Virus record (IMG/VR): IMGVR_UViG_3300034782_000062
Span: 32,001-96,000 of that record
Direction: 5' to 3' (one strand)
Length of the DNA: 64,000 nt
From: a virus
In this document: one piece after another, positions 8,717 through 17,843 of the stretch
Layout of the letters: every line of letters starts with the position of its first letter
Numbering within the stretch: position 1 is the first letter of the stretch
Notes under the pieces: model-generated
Told to the model about the DNA's origin: nothing
Database searches by the model: none
Seen by the model: the letters and a program-made list of their open reading frames with translations, nothing else
Position numbers and translations under genes: made by a program

Positions 8717-11700
8717 CTAGAAGATTCCCTCTTCCTCACCGCTTGTGAAGATCCCCTCGTCACCGCCCTTGGGGCCGTGAGTCGGAATCGGCTCTGCCAC
8801 GCCAGGGACTCGACCGGGCGCCGGGTCGTGGACGGGACGTCGGTACATGGGAGCCGACCTGCGAAGCAGCGGGGGCTTCCAGGGTTCCATCGGGAGGTGA
8901 CCTGGTCGACCCGATACCTGGCGAACCCGCTGAGCGAACTTCTTGCGAGCGAGGCCAGCGGCTGCTCGGCCGAGCTTCGAGTAGAACGCGTCATCGAGAG
9001 GAAGACCGGCAGCGATGCGCTCCCGGACCATCTTGGCGACGGCCTGCTTGAAGCCAGGCATCAGCGGACGCGTTCGGATGCTCTGTTCGACGGCCGCGAC
9101 GGAGGGCTCCTGGCCCATGCCCGCGTAGGCCTCTTCGACCATCGCACCCATGCCGCTCATGGGAACTTCGAGGTACTCGCCGGTGCCGGCGTATGCCTCT
9201 TCGACCATGGCTCCCATCCCAGCGTAGGCTTCCTCGACCTGAGCGCCCATGCCCGACATCGGGACTTCCAGGTACTCACTCATCGGAACTTCGAGGTACT
9301 CGCTGACACCGCCGCTTCCGCCACCGGCGAAAGCCTCTTCGACCATGGCTCCCATCCCACTCATCGGGACTTCCAGGTACTCGCTCATGGGAACTTCGAG
9401 GTACTCGCCGGTACCGTCCATCCCAGAGAGAACACCCGCCTTGCCGCCTTCGAAGATGCCGCCCTGGTCGCCGCCCATACCGCTCATGCGGTCCAGCTCC
9501 AGCTCCAGCTCTTCCTCGATCCCACCGACACCGTCGAGGGCTGCCTCGTAGATGTCGATCTGACCGAATCCAGCGGTCCCCTCAGCCTCCAGCTCGGGCG
9601 GCATGCCGTTGCCGTTCACGAGGCCGTTGCCGTTGCCGTTCACGAGGCCGTTGCCGTTGCCGTTCACGAGGCCGTTGCCGTTGGTGACCATCGCCTGCGG
9701 AGCGATCGGGAGCATACCGTTGGCAGGCTCGACGATTGCGGCTGGTGCGGCCTCAGCAGCGCCAGCACCAGGCATGACCCAAGCAGCGTAGTCGGACGGG
9801 ATCGTCCTGGACGCGACGAGGTTCAGCATGATGTTGACGATCGCGGCCATACCAGCACCGGCTGCGACGAAGGGCTTCATCGCCTGCAGCTTCTCGTTCT
9901 CCGGCATCAAGGATGCGAGAGCCCAGAAGCCGAGACCGGCTGCGACGTTTCCGACGACCGAGGTCCAGTTGCCGAGGTGCTGAGAGATCGAGGTGACGTT
10001 CGTCAGAGCGCGACCAGCAGCGACCGCGGCGCCAAAGCCGATGAATCCGAGACCCGCTGCCTTGCCGACCGACATGAGCTGCTCGCTCGTCGGGAGCATG
10101 GCGAGTGCTTCGGGGTTCGTGACCATGGCGGCGTGGCCACCATTTCGCATCATGGCTCGCTGCTCACGCTTGGTGAGGAGGCCGAGCTTCTTGGCCTTTG
10201 CCTGCGAGATCCACTTGCCACCGTAGTGGTGCGGATACCACTGGTTCCTGCGGCCACCGGGGACCTTCACGCGCTTCCGACGCGGCTTCCGGCGCGTGTA
10301 GCTGTAGGGATGCACGCGGACCTTGGACCGCTTGTAGGGGTTGCGGGTGATCTTGCCCTTGCGGCTTCCCGTCTTCTTGAGACGGTAGGAGTAGCCCTTC
10401 ACCCTCACGCCGTCGGCGCGGGTGTAGCCCTTCACGCGAACGATCTTGCCCTTGCGGCGACCGTTCGAACGCTTGCGGGAGTAGGTGCGCTTGCGACCCT
10501 TGGCCTTGCGACGCGGGTAGCGGCGCATGTAGGTGCCGCCGCCCGGCTTGCGGACGCGGTACCGACGGGCCTTGCCGCGCTTGGCCTTCTTGGTGGCGCG
10601 CTTCTTGGTCGCCTTCCGACGCTTGGTCGGGTAGCGGCGCATGTAGGTGCCGCCGCCCGGCTTGCGGACGCGGTACCGACGCGGCCTGCGCGTGGTCTTC
10701 TTGGTGGCGCGCTTCTTGGTCGCCTTCCGACGCTTGGTCGGATAGCGGCGCATGTAGGTGCCGCCGCCCGGCTTGCGGACGCGGTACCGACGAGCGGTCT
10801 TCCGCTTGGCGGTCTTGCGCTTGGCCGGCTTGCGCTTCTTGGTGGTCGTGGCCTTTCGCTTGTAGCTGTAGGCCTTGCGCAAGATCTTTCCGCTTCGAGA
10901 GCGCTTGGCGGGGACTTTGACCGTGACGGTCTTGCCCCGACGGGCGGTCTTCTTCTTGGCGGTCTTCCGACGCTTGGTCGGGTACCGGCGCAGATAGGTG
11001 CCGCCACTGGGCTTTCGCACGCGGTAGCGCTTCCCAGTCGTGCGGCGGCGCTTCTTCGCGGTCGTCTTCCGCTTCTTGGGCTTCGCTGCCACGGTCTTCC
11101 TCCTGGTTGGTTTCGCCTTTTTTGCCGCGCTGGGCTTGAGCCCATACGCTGCGTTGACTGCCGCCGGCCCGACTCCCTTGCGAGTCGTTCCGTCGGTCTT
11201 GAACAGCTTGCTGTCGCGCTCAGACATGGGCCGACCGCCGACGAGCCGACCGGTGACGGGGTGGATGACACCCTGCCTCCAGTGACCCTTCGCCGCTGCG
11301 CCCTTGACACCTGGCGCTCGTTTCTTCCCCGCCGTCGCCTTGACACGCTGAGCACGCTCAGCTTTCTGCTTCGCGCGCTGGAACCCACGAGAGGTCCACT
11401 TCTTGCGCTCAGCCATCGTCATGGGCGTACCCAGGATGCCGCGCTTCTTGGTGCCGGGGTGGACGTCTGTCCGCCAACGAACCGTCTTGTTCGCCGTGAT
11501 GCGCTTCTTCTTGTTCGAGACCATGCGGCCCGTTCGGGTGTTGCGCTTCGGGGCCGGGTTACGACGACGAGTCGTCGTCTTTCTCCGGGTCGCCGTCTTG
11601 CGCTTCGGCTTTGCTGCTCGCTTGTAGGTATACGCCTTGCGGACGACCCTACCTGTACGAGTGCGCTTCGCCGGAACCTTCACGGTCACCTTCCGGGGCT

Positions 11701-12232
11701 TGCGCTTCGTGGCTCTCTTTTTGGTTGCCACTGACTTCTTCTTCCCTGCGGCATTGCGGGACTGGGGCCGCGACCGCGTGGAGTTCCTCTTCGGGCTTGC
11801 GCTCGAAGCTCGTTTGCTCGCAGATGCGCTACGCGACGTCTTCACGACGCGGCCGGAGACGGTGTTCTTGGAAACACTTTTTCTCCGGCCGGTATTCGCT
11901 CTGCGAGCATATGATCCAGCCTTTTTATTAGGAACCACACGACCGCTCACTTGCTTGGTCGAGGAGTTCTTCCGAGCCTTGGGAGACTTTCCACTCTCGA
12001 CGATCCTGCCCTGAACCGGATTCGAGGAGCGCCTGCTACTCCTTCGCGGCGAGGGGTTCTCCCATGCTGCCCGAGTCCGTTCACGACGAGAATACCTGCG
12101 GGGAAGGATGCTCTCATGGCCCCACCGAGACGCACTGGCGCGCGGTCTGGGGTTGACCATGGTCACACCGCGCCGCGTCCCATTGCTGGGATTCTTGCGT
12201 TTTGGTGTGTTCAGCACGTAGCCCTTGGCCAT
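8717..12232 (-). CDS. Giant tripartite protein: about 690-aa histone-H1-like K/R-rich region, three TM helices, acidic Gly/Met-rich repeat tail
   Basis: 1171-aa ORF; RRYRVRKPGGGTYMRRYP repeats; TM segments at about residues 720-810; EYLEVPMS(GMG) repeats. Confidence 0.85.
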   Translation of the reverse strand: MAKGYVLNTPKRKNPSNGTRRGVTMVNPRPRASASRWGHESILPRRYSRRERTRAAWENPSPRRSSRRSSNPVQGRIVESGKSPKARKNSSTKQVSGRVVPNKKAGSYARRANTGRRKSVSKNTVSGRVVKTSRSASASKRASSASPKRNSTRSRPQSRNAAGKKKSVATKKRATKRKPRKVTVKVPAKRTRTGRVVRKAYTYKRAAKPKRKTATRRKTTTRRRNPAPKRNTRTGRMVSNKKKRITANKTVRWRTDVHPGTKKRGILGTPMTMAERKKWTSRGFQRAKQKAERAQRVKATAGKKRAPGVKGAAAKGHWRQGVIHPVTGRLVGGRPMSERDSKLFKTDGTTRKGVGPAAVNAAYGLKPSAAKKAKPTRRKTVAAKPKKRKTTAKKRRRTTGKRYRVRKPSGGTYLRRYPTKRRKTAKKKTARRGKTVTVKVPAKRSRSGKILRKAYSYKRKATTTKKRKPAKRKTAKRKTARRYRVRKPGGGTYMRRYPTKRRKATKKRATKKTTRRPRRYRVRKPGGGTYMRRYPTKRRKATKKRATKKAKRGKARRYRVRKPGGGTYMRRYPRRKAKGRKRTYSRKRSNGRRKGKIVRVKGYTRADGVRVKGYSYRLKKTGSRKGKITRNPYKRSKVRVHPYSYTRRKPRRKRVKVPGGRRNQWYPHHYGGKWISQAKAKKLGLLTKREQRAMMRNGGHAAMVTNPEALAMLPTSEQLMSVGKAAGLGFIGFGAAVAAGRALTNVTSISQHLGNWTSVVGNVAAGLGFWALASLMPENEKLQAMKPFVAAGAGMAAIVNIMLNLVASRTIPSDYAAWVMPGAGAAEAAPAAIVEPANGMLPIAPQAMVTNGNGLVNGNGNGLVNGNGNGLVNGNGMPPELEAEGTAGFGQIDIYEAALDGVGGIEEELELELDRMSGMGGDQGGIFEGGKAGVLSGMDGTGEYLEVPMSEYLEVPMSGMGAMVEEAFAGGGSGGVSEYLEVPMSEYLEVPMSGMGAQVEEAYAGMGAMVEEAYAGTGEYLEVPMSGMGAMVEEAYAGMGQEPSVAAVEQSIRTRPLMPGFKQAVAKMVRERIAAGLPLDDAFYSKLGRAAAGLARKKFAQRVRQVSGRPGHLPMEPWKPPLLRRSAPMYRRPVHDPAPGRVPGVAEPIPTHGPKGGDEGIFTSGEEEGIF
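9156..9405 (-). repeat. Intragenic coding repeats EYLEVPMS / GMGAMVEEAYAG
   Basis: Several near-identical gggaacttcgaggtactc-type copies. Confidence 0.85.
9605..9683 (-). repeat. 24-nt tandem repeat x3 (LVNGNGNG)
   Basis: gccgttgccgttgccgttcacgag unit. Confidence 0.9.
10510..11030 (-). repeat. Coding repeats RRYRVRKPGGGTYMRRYP (3 near-exact plus 1 degenerate)
   Basis: Repeated gtagcggcgcatgtaggtgccgccgcccggcttgcggacgcggtaccgacg blocks. Confidence 0.9.
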
Positions 12233-12325
12233 ACTAAGCCTGTCCCTTGTTCAGGTCTGAGAGGGATTGGGTTTTCTCTCGGCACCATCCTATGGGGCTG
12301 GGACAGGCTTACCGAGACGATTACA

Positions 12326-12355
12326 AGACTACGTTCGTCCTGAGGACGATGTCAA
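12326..12355 (-). promoter_or_regulatory. Sigma70-type promoter for the giant basic protein/capsid operon, with a palindrome in its spacer
   Basis: Minus strand TTGACA-TCGTCCTCAGGACGAACG-TAGTCT (18-nt spacer); second palindrome at 12366-12378. Confidence 0.6.
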
Positions 12356-12455
12356 GCGTATTTAACGTCTTCAAGACGTTTTTTCTTTAAAAAGAACCCT
12401 TAAGTAGGCAGGAACTCAGAAAATCGGAGAGACGAGCGCGAGCTTTTATCTGACT

Positions 12456-12665
12456 CTATCCCTGACGGCAGCGCTGCAGGCGCAACTGTGCTGCTCGATG
12501 CTCCAGCGTCGCCAAATGCAACTCATGTTCTCGCAAACGCAATTCTTCTTCGTATGATGCACAAAGCGAAACAGCTCTAGCGGGCGGCACGGGGGCATGT
12601 GTTCTCACACGAGTAGGTGCTGCTGCACCTAGCCCACCCTGCACCCTCTGATACTCGTAAGACAT
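12456..12665 (-). CDS. Small protein with YEY-GLG leader
   Basis: MSYEYQRVQGGLGAAA; GGAGAG RBS. Confidence 0.6.
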   Translation of the reverse strand: MSYEYQRVQGGLGAAAPTRVRTHAPVPPARAVSLCASYEEELRLREHELHLATLEHRAAQLRLQRCRQG

Positions 12666-12675
12666 GCTCTCCTCC

Positions 12676-13179
12676 TTAATCGATTGCGCCTTCTTCACGC
12701 AAACGTTCTTTCTGCTTGTAGCCGATGTAGAGTCCGACAGCGAAAGGAACGAGACCAGAGCCTCCAACGTAACGACCGCTGCCCTGACTCACACTTTCGA
12801 GGCCAGCAGAGACGATGGTCAGCACGATGCCCGCGCCAATACCAGCAAGACCGCCGTAGATGGCACCCTTCTTCGCCGCCTCCTTCTTGTATCCCTTCGC
12901 TCCGGTAATCGCTGCACCAGCAGCTCCGAGCGCGAACGGCATGGCAATTCCAATCACGACGATCCCAAGCAGGAGAAGAGCGAGTGCCCCGACGCCAGCT
13001 CCGATGGCAAGAGCCCTCGTTCCGTTGTCTGCAGGAGCTGGAACGCCCGTATCAACAAAAGCCTGATCTTCGAGCTGCAAACCAGGAACGGTAACTGCCA
13101 CCGGCTCAGCGCCGTTGCCATTTGTACCAAGTCCGAATCCCATCATCGACTCGTAAGTCGCTGGAGTGTACTCGTACAT
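12676..13179 (-). CDS. Multi-TM membrane protein with YEY leader
   Basis: MYEYTPATYESMMGFGLGTNG; 3-4 hydrophobic helices. Confidence 0.8.
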   Translation of the reverse strand: MYEYTPATYESMMGFGLGTNGNGAEPVAVTVPGLQLEDQAFVDTGVPAPADNGTRALAIGAGVGALALLLLGIVVIGIAMPFALGAAGAAITGAKGYKKEAAKKGAIYGGLAGIGAGIVLTIVSAGLESVSQGSGRYVGGSGLVPFAVGLYIGYKQKERLREEGAID

Positions 13180-13188
13180 CGTCCCCTC

Positions 13189-13548
13189 CTACGCCCTTGC
13201 GCGAGAAGCAAGACGCTGCGCTCGATCCAGCTCGTAGCTTGCCCTCAGCTCTCGCTCCCATTGCTTCTGTTGCCAAATCCCGACGACCGCACCTGCACCA
13301 GATGGAATAGCAAACGTTCGCAACCAGAACAGGACCCCACTCATCGGAACAATCGCCTGAGCGGCTTGTGCCAGCGCAACAGCAGCGACGCCGCCCTCAA
13401 TGACGGCGTACTTGCGGTCCATTGGAGAAACGATGGCAGCAGCAGCTCCGCCGAGCGCGAACTGCGCCAGGACAAGTCCGAAGTTCCCCATCGAGGTCTC
13501 CGGTTGCCCCATCCCAACAGCTTCTTCCCAATATCCCAGCATCGCCAA
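13189..13548 (-). CDS. Multi-TM membrane protein
   Basis: MAMLGYWEEAVGMG leader; three hydrophobic segments. Confidence 0.75.
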   Translation of the reverse strand: MAMLGYWEEAVGMGQPETSMGNFGLVLAQFALGGAAAAIVSPMDRKYAVIEGGVAAVALAQAAQAIVPMSGVLFWLRTFAIPSGAGAVVGIWQQKQWERELRASYELDRAQRLASRARA

Positions 13549-13554
13549 TCTCCT

Positions 13555-13896
13555 TTATGACTTTTGAACGACGTCAAACACCTTGTGGGTGCCGCCCTTG
13601 AAGTTCTCCACCTGTTTTATGTCGCGCAGGTGCCCAATGATCCTAACGCGGTATGCCTTATGAGGACTTGTGGCGTAAGAGAATCGATAGCTTTGTGTCG
13701 AGCCCACGTAACAGTTGATATCGAGACGACCTACAACACGAGGCATAATCCCCGGATACCACTCGTCCAGCTCGGCCTGAAGCTCCCGGTTTGGAGCACG
13801 CTGCCCGCACGGTGCTACACGAAGAGTGACACTCCCACCAGACTGACCACCAGCAGCGCCACCCATCGAGCTTTTTGTTGTGTACTCGTAGCTCAT
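13555..13896 (-). CDS. Small soluble protein with YEY leader
   Basis: MSYEYTTKSSMGG, start right after the upstream stop. Confidence 0.7.
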   Translation of the reverse strand: MSYEYTTKSSMGGAAGGQSGGSVTLRVAPCGQRAPNRELQAELDEWYPGIMPRVVGRLDINCYVGSTQSYRFSYATSPHKAYRVRIIGHLRDIKQVENFKGGTHKVFDVVQKS

Positions 13897-13897
13897 A

Positions 13898-14650
13898 TCA
13901 CCCCTCGATCCCATGTGAGGTGATGCGGAGGTTGGGGCCGTCTATGACACTCTCGACTCCTCCTCCGTCCAGGTTGATGATCGCCAAGAAAACTCGGTTC
14001 GGTCGCCGCGGATCAACCCACCCGTCAGGTGACGCGACCAAAACGTTCTTTCCCTTCATCGTACCCTCGGTGATCTCTCCAGTATCCAGGGGCCGAACGA
14101 CGAATCCAATACACTCTCCGATGAGCATCACCTCTTCTGGCCAACCGTAAGGAAGCTGCACTGGTTCGAGTGCGCCTCCCTCATCTGAAGGAACCATGAA
14201 CTTCACAACGTTTCGATCGTGATCGTGGTAGTACTCGACGGTCTCACCGCGCTGGTGCCATTTGTCACTCTCATAGAGCGTTCGCATTGCGACACCGAGT
14301 AAGCTCACCTGCTCAGGCCAGTCAACACCTTCCAGCTCGAATACCGAGTGCTCCTGCCCGTGAAAAGGGAAGACCGGTTCAAGTTTCTTGCGCGAGTGAA
14401 AGCGCTTGAACGTTTTCGCTGCAGCCTGCGCCGACCTTGCGTCGTTTCGCTCGATGGGCGAACCTGGGTTCGGACGCTGATGACGCAGCTCTCGCTGAAT
14501 CTTGTCATAGACCTCTTCAGCTCGCTCGCGAGTGACGGTGATCCCCTCACGAGCCTGCGTTGCGATGATCGTCCTGATCATCAGTTCGCGTCGTTCGATC
14601 GGGTCATTGAGAATATCGCGCACTTGGACGCGCCGCCTACTGCGAGCCAT
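13898..14650 (-). CDS. Hypothetical two-domain protein
   Basis: 250 aa; helical N-terminal domain, PNP linker, beta-rich C-terminal domain. Confidence 0.75.
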   Translation of the reverse strand: MARSRRRVQVRDILNDPIERRELMIRTIIATQAREGITVTRERAEEVYDKIQRELRHQRPNPGSPIERNDARSAQAAAKTFKRFHSRKKLEPVFPFHGQEHSVFELEGVDWPEQVSLLGVAMRTLYESDKWHQRGETVEYYHDHDRNVVKFMVPSDEGGALEPVQLPYGWPEEVMLIGECIGFVVRPLDTGEITEGTMKGKNVLVASPDGWVDPRRPNRVFLAIINLDGGGVESVIDGPNLRITSHGIEG

Positions 14651-14652
14651 GT

Positions 14653-15057
14653 CTACTCCATCTCCGACTCGAAGGTACCGAATCTTTCGTCCTGAGGACG
14701 ATTATCAAGTCTGGTTGTCAGCCAGAGAAGTGCCGTCGGAACGACGATCGCTAACCCAACGCACAGCCATGGATTGATCGGTGTCTGGGTGCTCACCTCG
14801 GAAACAATTTCACCCATTGCGAGAGAGCCTGTTCCAACATACTTCGCCCTTGGTGGAAGACTGTGGCCCGAGGTATCTGGGGCTTCGCCGAGAGCGCTTC
14901 CGAGCGCTGGCGAAAAAGGCGGCGGCGGGACTTCCTCACCGTACTTGGGACGATCAGGCTCTGGAGCCTGATAGTATTTGTACTTCCCGGTCGTCCAATC
15001 CCAAACGCTGTACATTCCATTGGTCGCGATCGCGCCGTAATTAACTCCGGGCCTCAC
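14653..15057 (-). CDS. C-terminally anchored membrane protein (YSVWDW..GKYKYY motif)
   Basis: C-terminal TM; aromatic N-terminal motif. Confidence 0.7.
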   Translation of the reverse strand: MRPGVNYGAIATNGMYSVWDWTTGKYKYYQAPEPDRPKYGEEVPPPPFSPALGSALGEAPDTSGHSLPPRAKYVGTGSLAMGEIVSEVSTQTPINPWLCVGLAIVVPTALLWLTTRLDNRPQDERFGTFESEME

Positions 15058-15350
15058 AGCTCCTCCACCTCCTCCTGCTTAGACTTGTGCAAGAGGTACG
15101 CCCCAATGAGCACCATCGCCGGAACAGATGCCCACATCCATGGGCGCATCTGCTCGATCATCATTTGCGTCTGCAATTGCGCAACACGGGCTTGCTCTTC
15201 TTGTCGAATAGCCTGTTGCCTCTGTTGCTCCAGCCTCTCCCTCTCTCCCTCGGACACTGAACGCGATATGGCATAGCCAGCCCATCCCGTACCAACAACC
15301 AACGGAACGCCATACAACAGAGCAGGGACCCACCATGGATTTGGCTGCAT
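15054..15350 (-). CDS. Two-TM small membrane protein
   Basis: TM - Q/E/R coil - TM; starts MQPNPWW. Confidence 0.7.
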   Translation of the reverse strand: MQPNPWWVPALLYGVPLVVGTGWAGYAISRSVSEGERERLEQQRQQAIRQEEQARVAQLQTQMMIEQMRPWMWASVPAMVLIGAYLLHKSKQEEVEEL

Positions 15351-15623
15351 CTATCGCTCTCTCTTCCTTAGGATAAAATACATCCCCAGGATGGCTGTCG
15401 CTGGGATTGCGATCATCCCCATCGGAACGAGCAGCCCGTACATTGCTTGCGACTGAGCCGCCGCTGCACGTCGTCGCTGCTCCTCAATCTGCTGCTGCTG
15501 GTCCTGAACTTCCGTCGTTCCGTTCTGTTGAAACGCACCAAAGGCCATACCGGCAAAAATCAACGAACCACCGATGAGGATCGGATAGGCAGCAGCAGCA
15601 ATTGGTCCGAAGTTTCGCTCCAT
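15351..15623 (-). CDS. Two-TM small membrane protein, same architecture as 15054-15350
   Basis: Start MERNF by TGATG coupling; TM - Q-rich coil - TM. Confidence 0.7.
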   Translation of the reverse strand: MERNFGPIAAAAYPILIGGSLIFAGMAFGAFQQNGTTEVQDQQQQIEEQRRRAAAAQSQAMYGLLVPMGMIAIPATAILGMYFILRKRER

Positions 15624-16297
15624 CACGACCTCTTCTTGAACTTCCATGCGGCGTAAAGCATGAACATGGCCGCTGCAGAGGTCCCAATCACAAGAGCCCA
15701 TGGGAGCTGAATGCCAAGATCGAATCCACCTCCTGGTCCGGCCGGTACAAGAGTTCCGGCCATCCTCTGAGCATCAGCCGCAGAGAACCCCATCCGAAAG
15801 AGAGTCGCTTGATCCGGGGTCCCTGTCTGCGGAATACCACCGCGCGCTTGGGATGCCCGAATAGCCGCTGCGAATGACGTTGCTTCCCCAACACCATCAA
15901 TCGGACCCGGATCAATACCCATTGAGCAAAGACGCGATTGAATATCCCAAATGACCCGTGAACGAGACGTCGTCAGGCTGTTCCTGTCGACGCGATGGGA
16001 CTGACACGTCGCTACCGAAGGCTCTATCCGCCCACCAGCCTGAGTAGGACATGCCAGGAAAGGACGAGGCCAGTGGGGTGGACAGCACCACGTCGAACCA
16101 GCCACTCCCTCAACCGAACACGTCTGCCCTCTGGCAGAAGGAACGCATCCCCCCTCACGAGCACACGCCCCTGCATCTGCCGTATTCTCGAAGCATCGAG
16201 TGACACCCCCTCCAACAACTTCTGAGCAGGGGGGGTTACCAGAAATATCCGTCCAGCCGGGGCCGACGAGCCCGAGCCCTGTCGAGTACTCGTACAT
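15623..16297 (-). CDS. YEY-leader protein: Cys-rich CCP domain, peptidoglycan-binding domain, C-terminal TM
   Basis: MYEYSTGLG; WCCPP; DIQSRLCSMGIDPGPIDG...QTGTPDQATL (PG_binding_1-like). Confidence 0.8.
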   Translation of the reverse strand: MYEYSTGLGLVGPGWTDISGNPPCSEVVGGGVTRCFENTADAGACAREGGCVPSARGQTCSVEGVAGSTWCCPPHWPRPFLACPTQAGGRIEPSVATCQSHRVDRNSLTTSRSRVIWDIQSRLCSMGIDPGPIDGVGEATSFAAAIRASQARGGIPQTGTPDQATLFRMGFSAADAQRMAGTLVPAGPGGGFDLGIQLPWALVIGTSAAAMFMLYAAWKFKKRS

Positions 16298-16950
16298 CAG
16301 CCCATCTCCTCTGAGAACAGCATGCGCTCTTCTCGCTTCCGGTCGAAGTAGCGCTTGCCGAGATAAGCCGCCGTCCCCAGGATGCCTACAGCAACCCAAA
16401 CCTTTGGATCGGACAGAATCTTTCCGATGCCAGTGATCGGCGTCGTCGTGATCCTCGCTGTCGGTGTCGATCCTTCAGGAGGAAGCTCTTTCGTCGGAGA
16501 CTGAACAGGCGGCTGCGTAGTCGTAGGAGGTTCCACCGTCGGAAGACCGGGAATCTCGGGCGGCAAAGGGAGCTGTGCCTCCTCCTCACGAATCTGAGCG
16601 GCCTCCGGAGTCTCGGGATCGGCCCGCGGTGTTCCACTCGGGCAGCAAAAGCAAAAACCGGGGTTACCAGAAGCAGTCTCACAGCGCTTCGGCTCATCTC
16701 CGGTGAGAAACGTCTGCATATTCTGAACGCAGCCGTAGAGGTTGGCGACGTTGAGGTCTGGAGGATAAACTTCACCAGCGTTCTGTGGATCCTCCATGAA
16801 GCAAACTTCGTCCGGAGGATACTGTCTTCCTACGTCATCCGTCGTACACATACACTGAGGACGACCAAAGAGCGGGGCCAAATCCCAACTGCTCATCACA
16901 GACCAGCCGAGAGCACCGAGACCGCCAGGTCTTCTGTTGTACTCGTACAT
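16297..16950 (-). CDS. YEY-leader Cys-rich CCP protein, Pro/Thr stalk, C-terminal TM
   Basis: MYEYNRRPGGLGALGW; CFCCPS. Confidence 0.8.
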   Translation of the reverse strand: MYEYNRRPGGLGALGWSVMSSWDLAPLFGRPQCMCTTDDVGRQYPPDEVCFMEDPQNAGEVYPPDLNVANLYGCVQNMQTFLTGDEPKRCETASGNPGFCFCCPSGTPRADPETPEAAQIREEEAQLPLPPEIPGLPTVEPPTTTQPPVQSPTKELPPEGSTPTARITTTPITGIGKILSDPKVWVAVGILGTAAYLGKRYFDRKREERMLFSEEMG

Positions 16951-17402
16951 CAGATGTGCCCCTCTCTCTTCAAATACCGATACCCAAACCAGCCGCCGAC
17001 CCCGAGAGCCAACAACGCCACGACCGGACCAAACATCGAGGCAGATGCCACCTGCGGCAAAGCTGGAGGCTGAGGAGAAGTAGGCACTGGCTGAGGCTGC
17101 GGTTGCGGTTCTGGCTCTACCGGAGCTGGCTCGGCGGGCTGCACTGGGAAGTCTGGGAATCCAGGAGGACAGCACCAGACGGCACCAGCATTATTCTCCG
17201 CGGTGTTGCAAGGCCACCCAATTCGCTCACAAGCTCTGTCATAAGCGAACTGGTATTCATCCGGCTCCACGAAACAGTATTGATTCCCCCCTGGAAACTC
17301 CAAGCACTGCTTCTGTGTCCTCTCTCCGCTGAAGATCTGACCGAACGTTGGAGGTTCATTGACCTGCGACCAGCCCATCCCTCTGGGGTTGTATTCGTAC
17401 AT
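16950..17402 (-). CDS. YEY-leader Cys-rich CCP protein, C-terminal TM
   Basis: MYEYNPRGMGW; six Cys ending WCCPP. Confidence 0.85.
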   Translation of the reverse strand: MYEYNPRGMGWSQVNEPPTFGQIFSGERTQKQCLEFPGGNQYCFVEPDEYQFAYDRACERIGWPCNTAENNAGAVWCCPPGFPDFPVQPAEPAPVEPEPQPQPQPVPTSPQPPALPQVASASMFGPVVALLALGVGGWFGYRYLKREGHI

Positions 17403-17405
17403 GGA

Positions 17406-17843
17406 TCAGAACTCCTCTTCGAGTTCCAGCTCTTCTCGCTTCGCCTCGTACTCCTTGTAGCCAAAAAAGGCGATGCCAGCGAGACCAAGTGCTCCAAGCC
17501 AGAACCACCACCGGCTCGATGACTGCTGAAACCATCGACCGATACCCGGTGGCGCAGGCGGCGCAGGCGGCGTCTGACCCGGTTCCAGAGGAGGCGACCC
17601 CGGTGGACGCGGCCAACCAGGAGGACAGCACCAGACGAGACCCGGGTTTCCAGCCGGTGAGGTGCTGCAAGGCTGATTGATCGGAGCGCACCCCTGAGCA
17701 CGAGCGAAATCTTGCTCGGGCGGCTGACCATCAACGGTCGTCGTTCGAAAACAGCGCTGCTCGTAGCCCGGATAGTCAGGACACATCGGATGACCGACGA
17801 CGTCCGACCAACCGAGGCCGTACATCTGCCTAAAACCGCCCAT
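17406..17843 (-). CDS. Cys-rich CCP protein, C-terminal TM
   Basis: MGGFRQMYGLGW; six Cys ending WCCPP. Confidence 0.85.
   Translation of the reverse strand: MGGFRQMYGLGWSDVVGHPMCPDYPGYEQRCFRTTTVDGQPPEQDFARAQGCAPINQPCSTSPAGNPGLVWCCPPGWPRPPGSPPLEPGQTPPAPPAPPGIGRWFQQSSSRWWFWLGALGLAGIAFFGYKEYEAKREELELEEEF

Noticed and set aside
9156-11030. Tandem repeats as a second CRISPR array or VNTR-type non-coding element
   Set aside because: Units keep the reading frame and encode peptide repeats inside the 8717-12232 ORF; there are no unique spacers.
8519-11734. 1071-aa + strand ORF, and other long antisense ORFs (633-1439, 3038-4003, 7872-8570, 12664-13560, 46823-47824)
   Set aside because: Shadow frames of GC-rich, codon-biased genes on the opposite strand; no RBS or recognisable motifs.
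14158-14170. 13-nt match (GCACTGGTTCGAG) to CRISPR spacer 9
   Set aside because: Too short and flanks mismatch; expected by chance, so not evidence of self-targeting.
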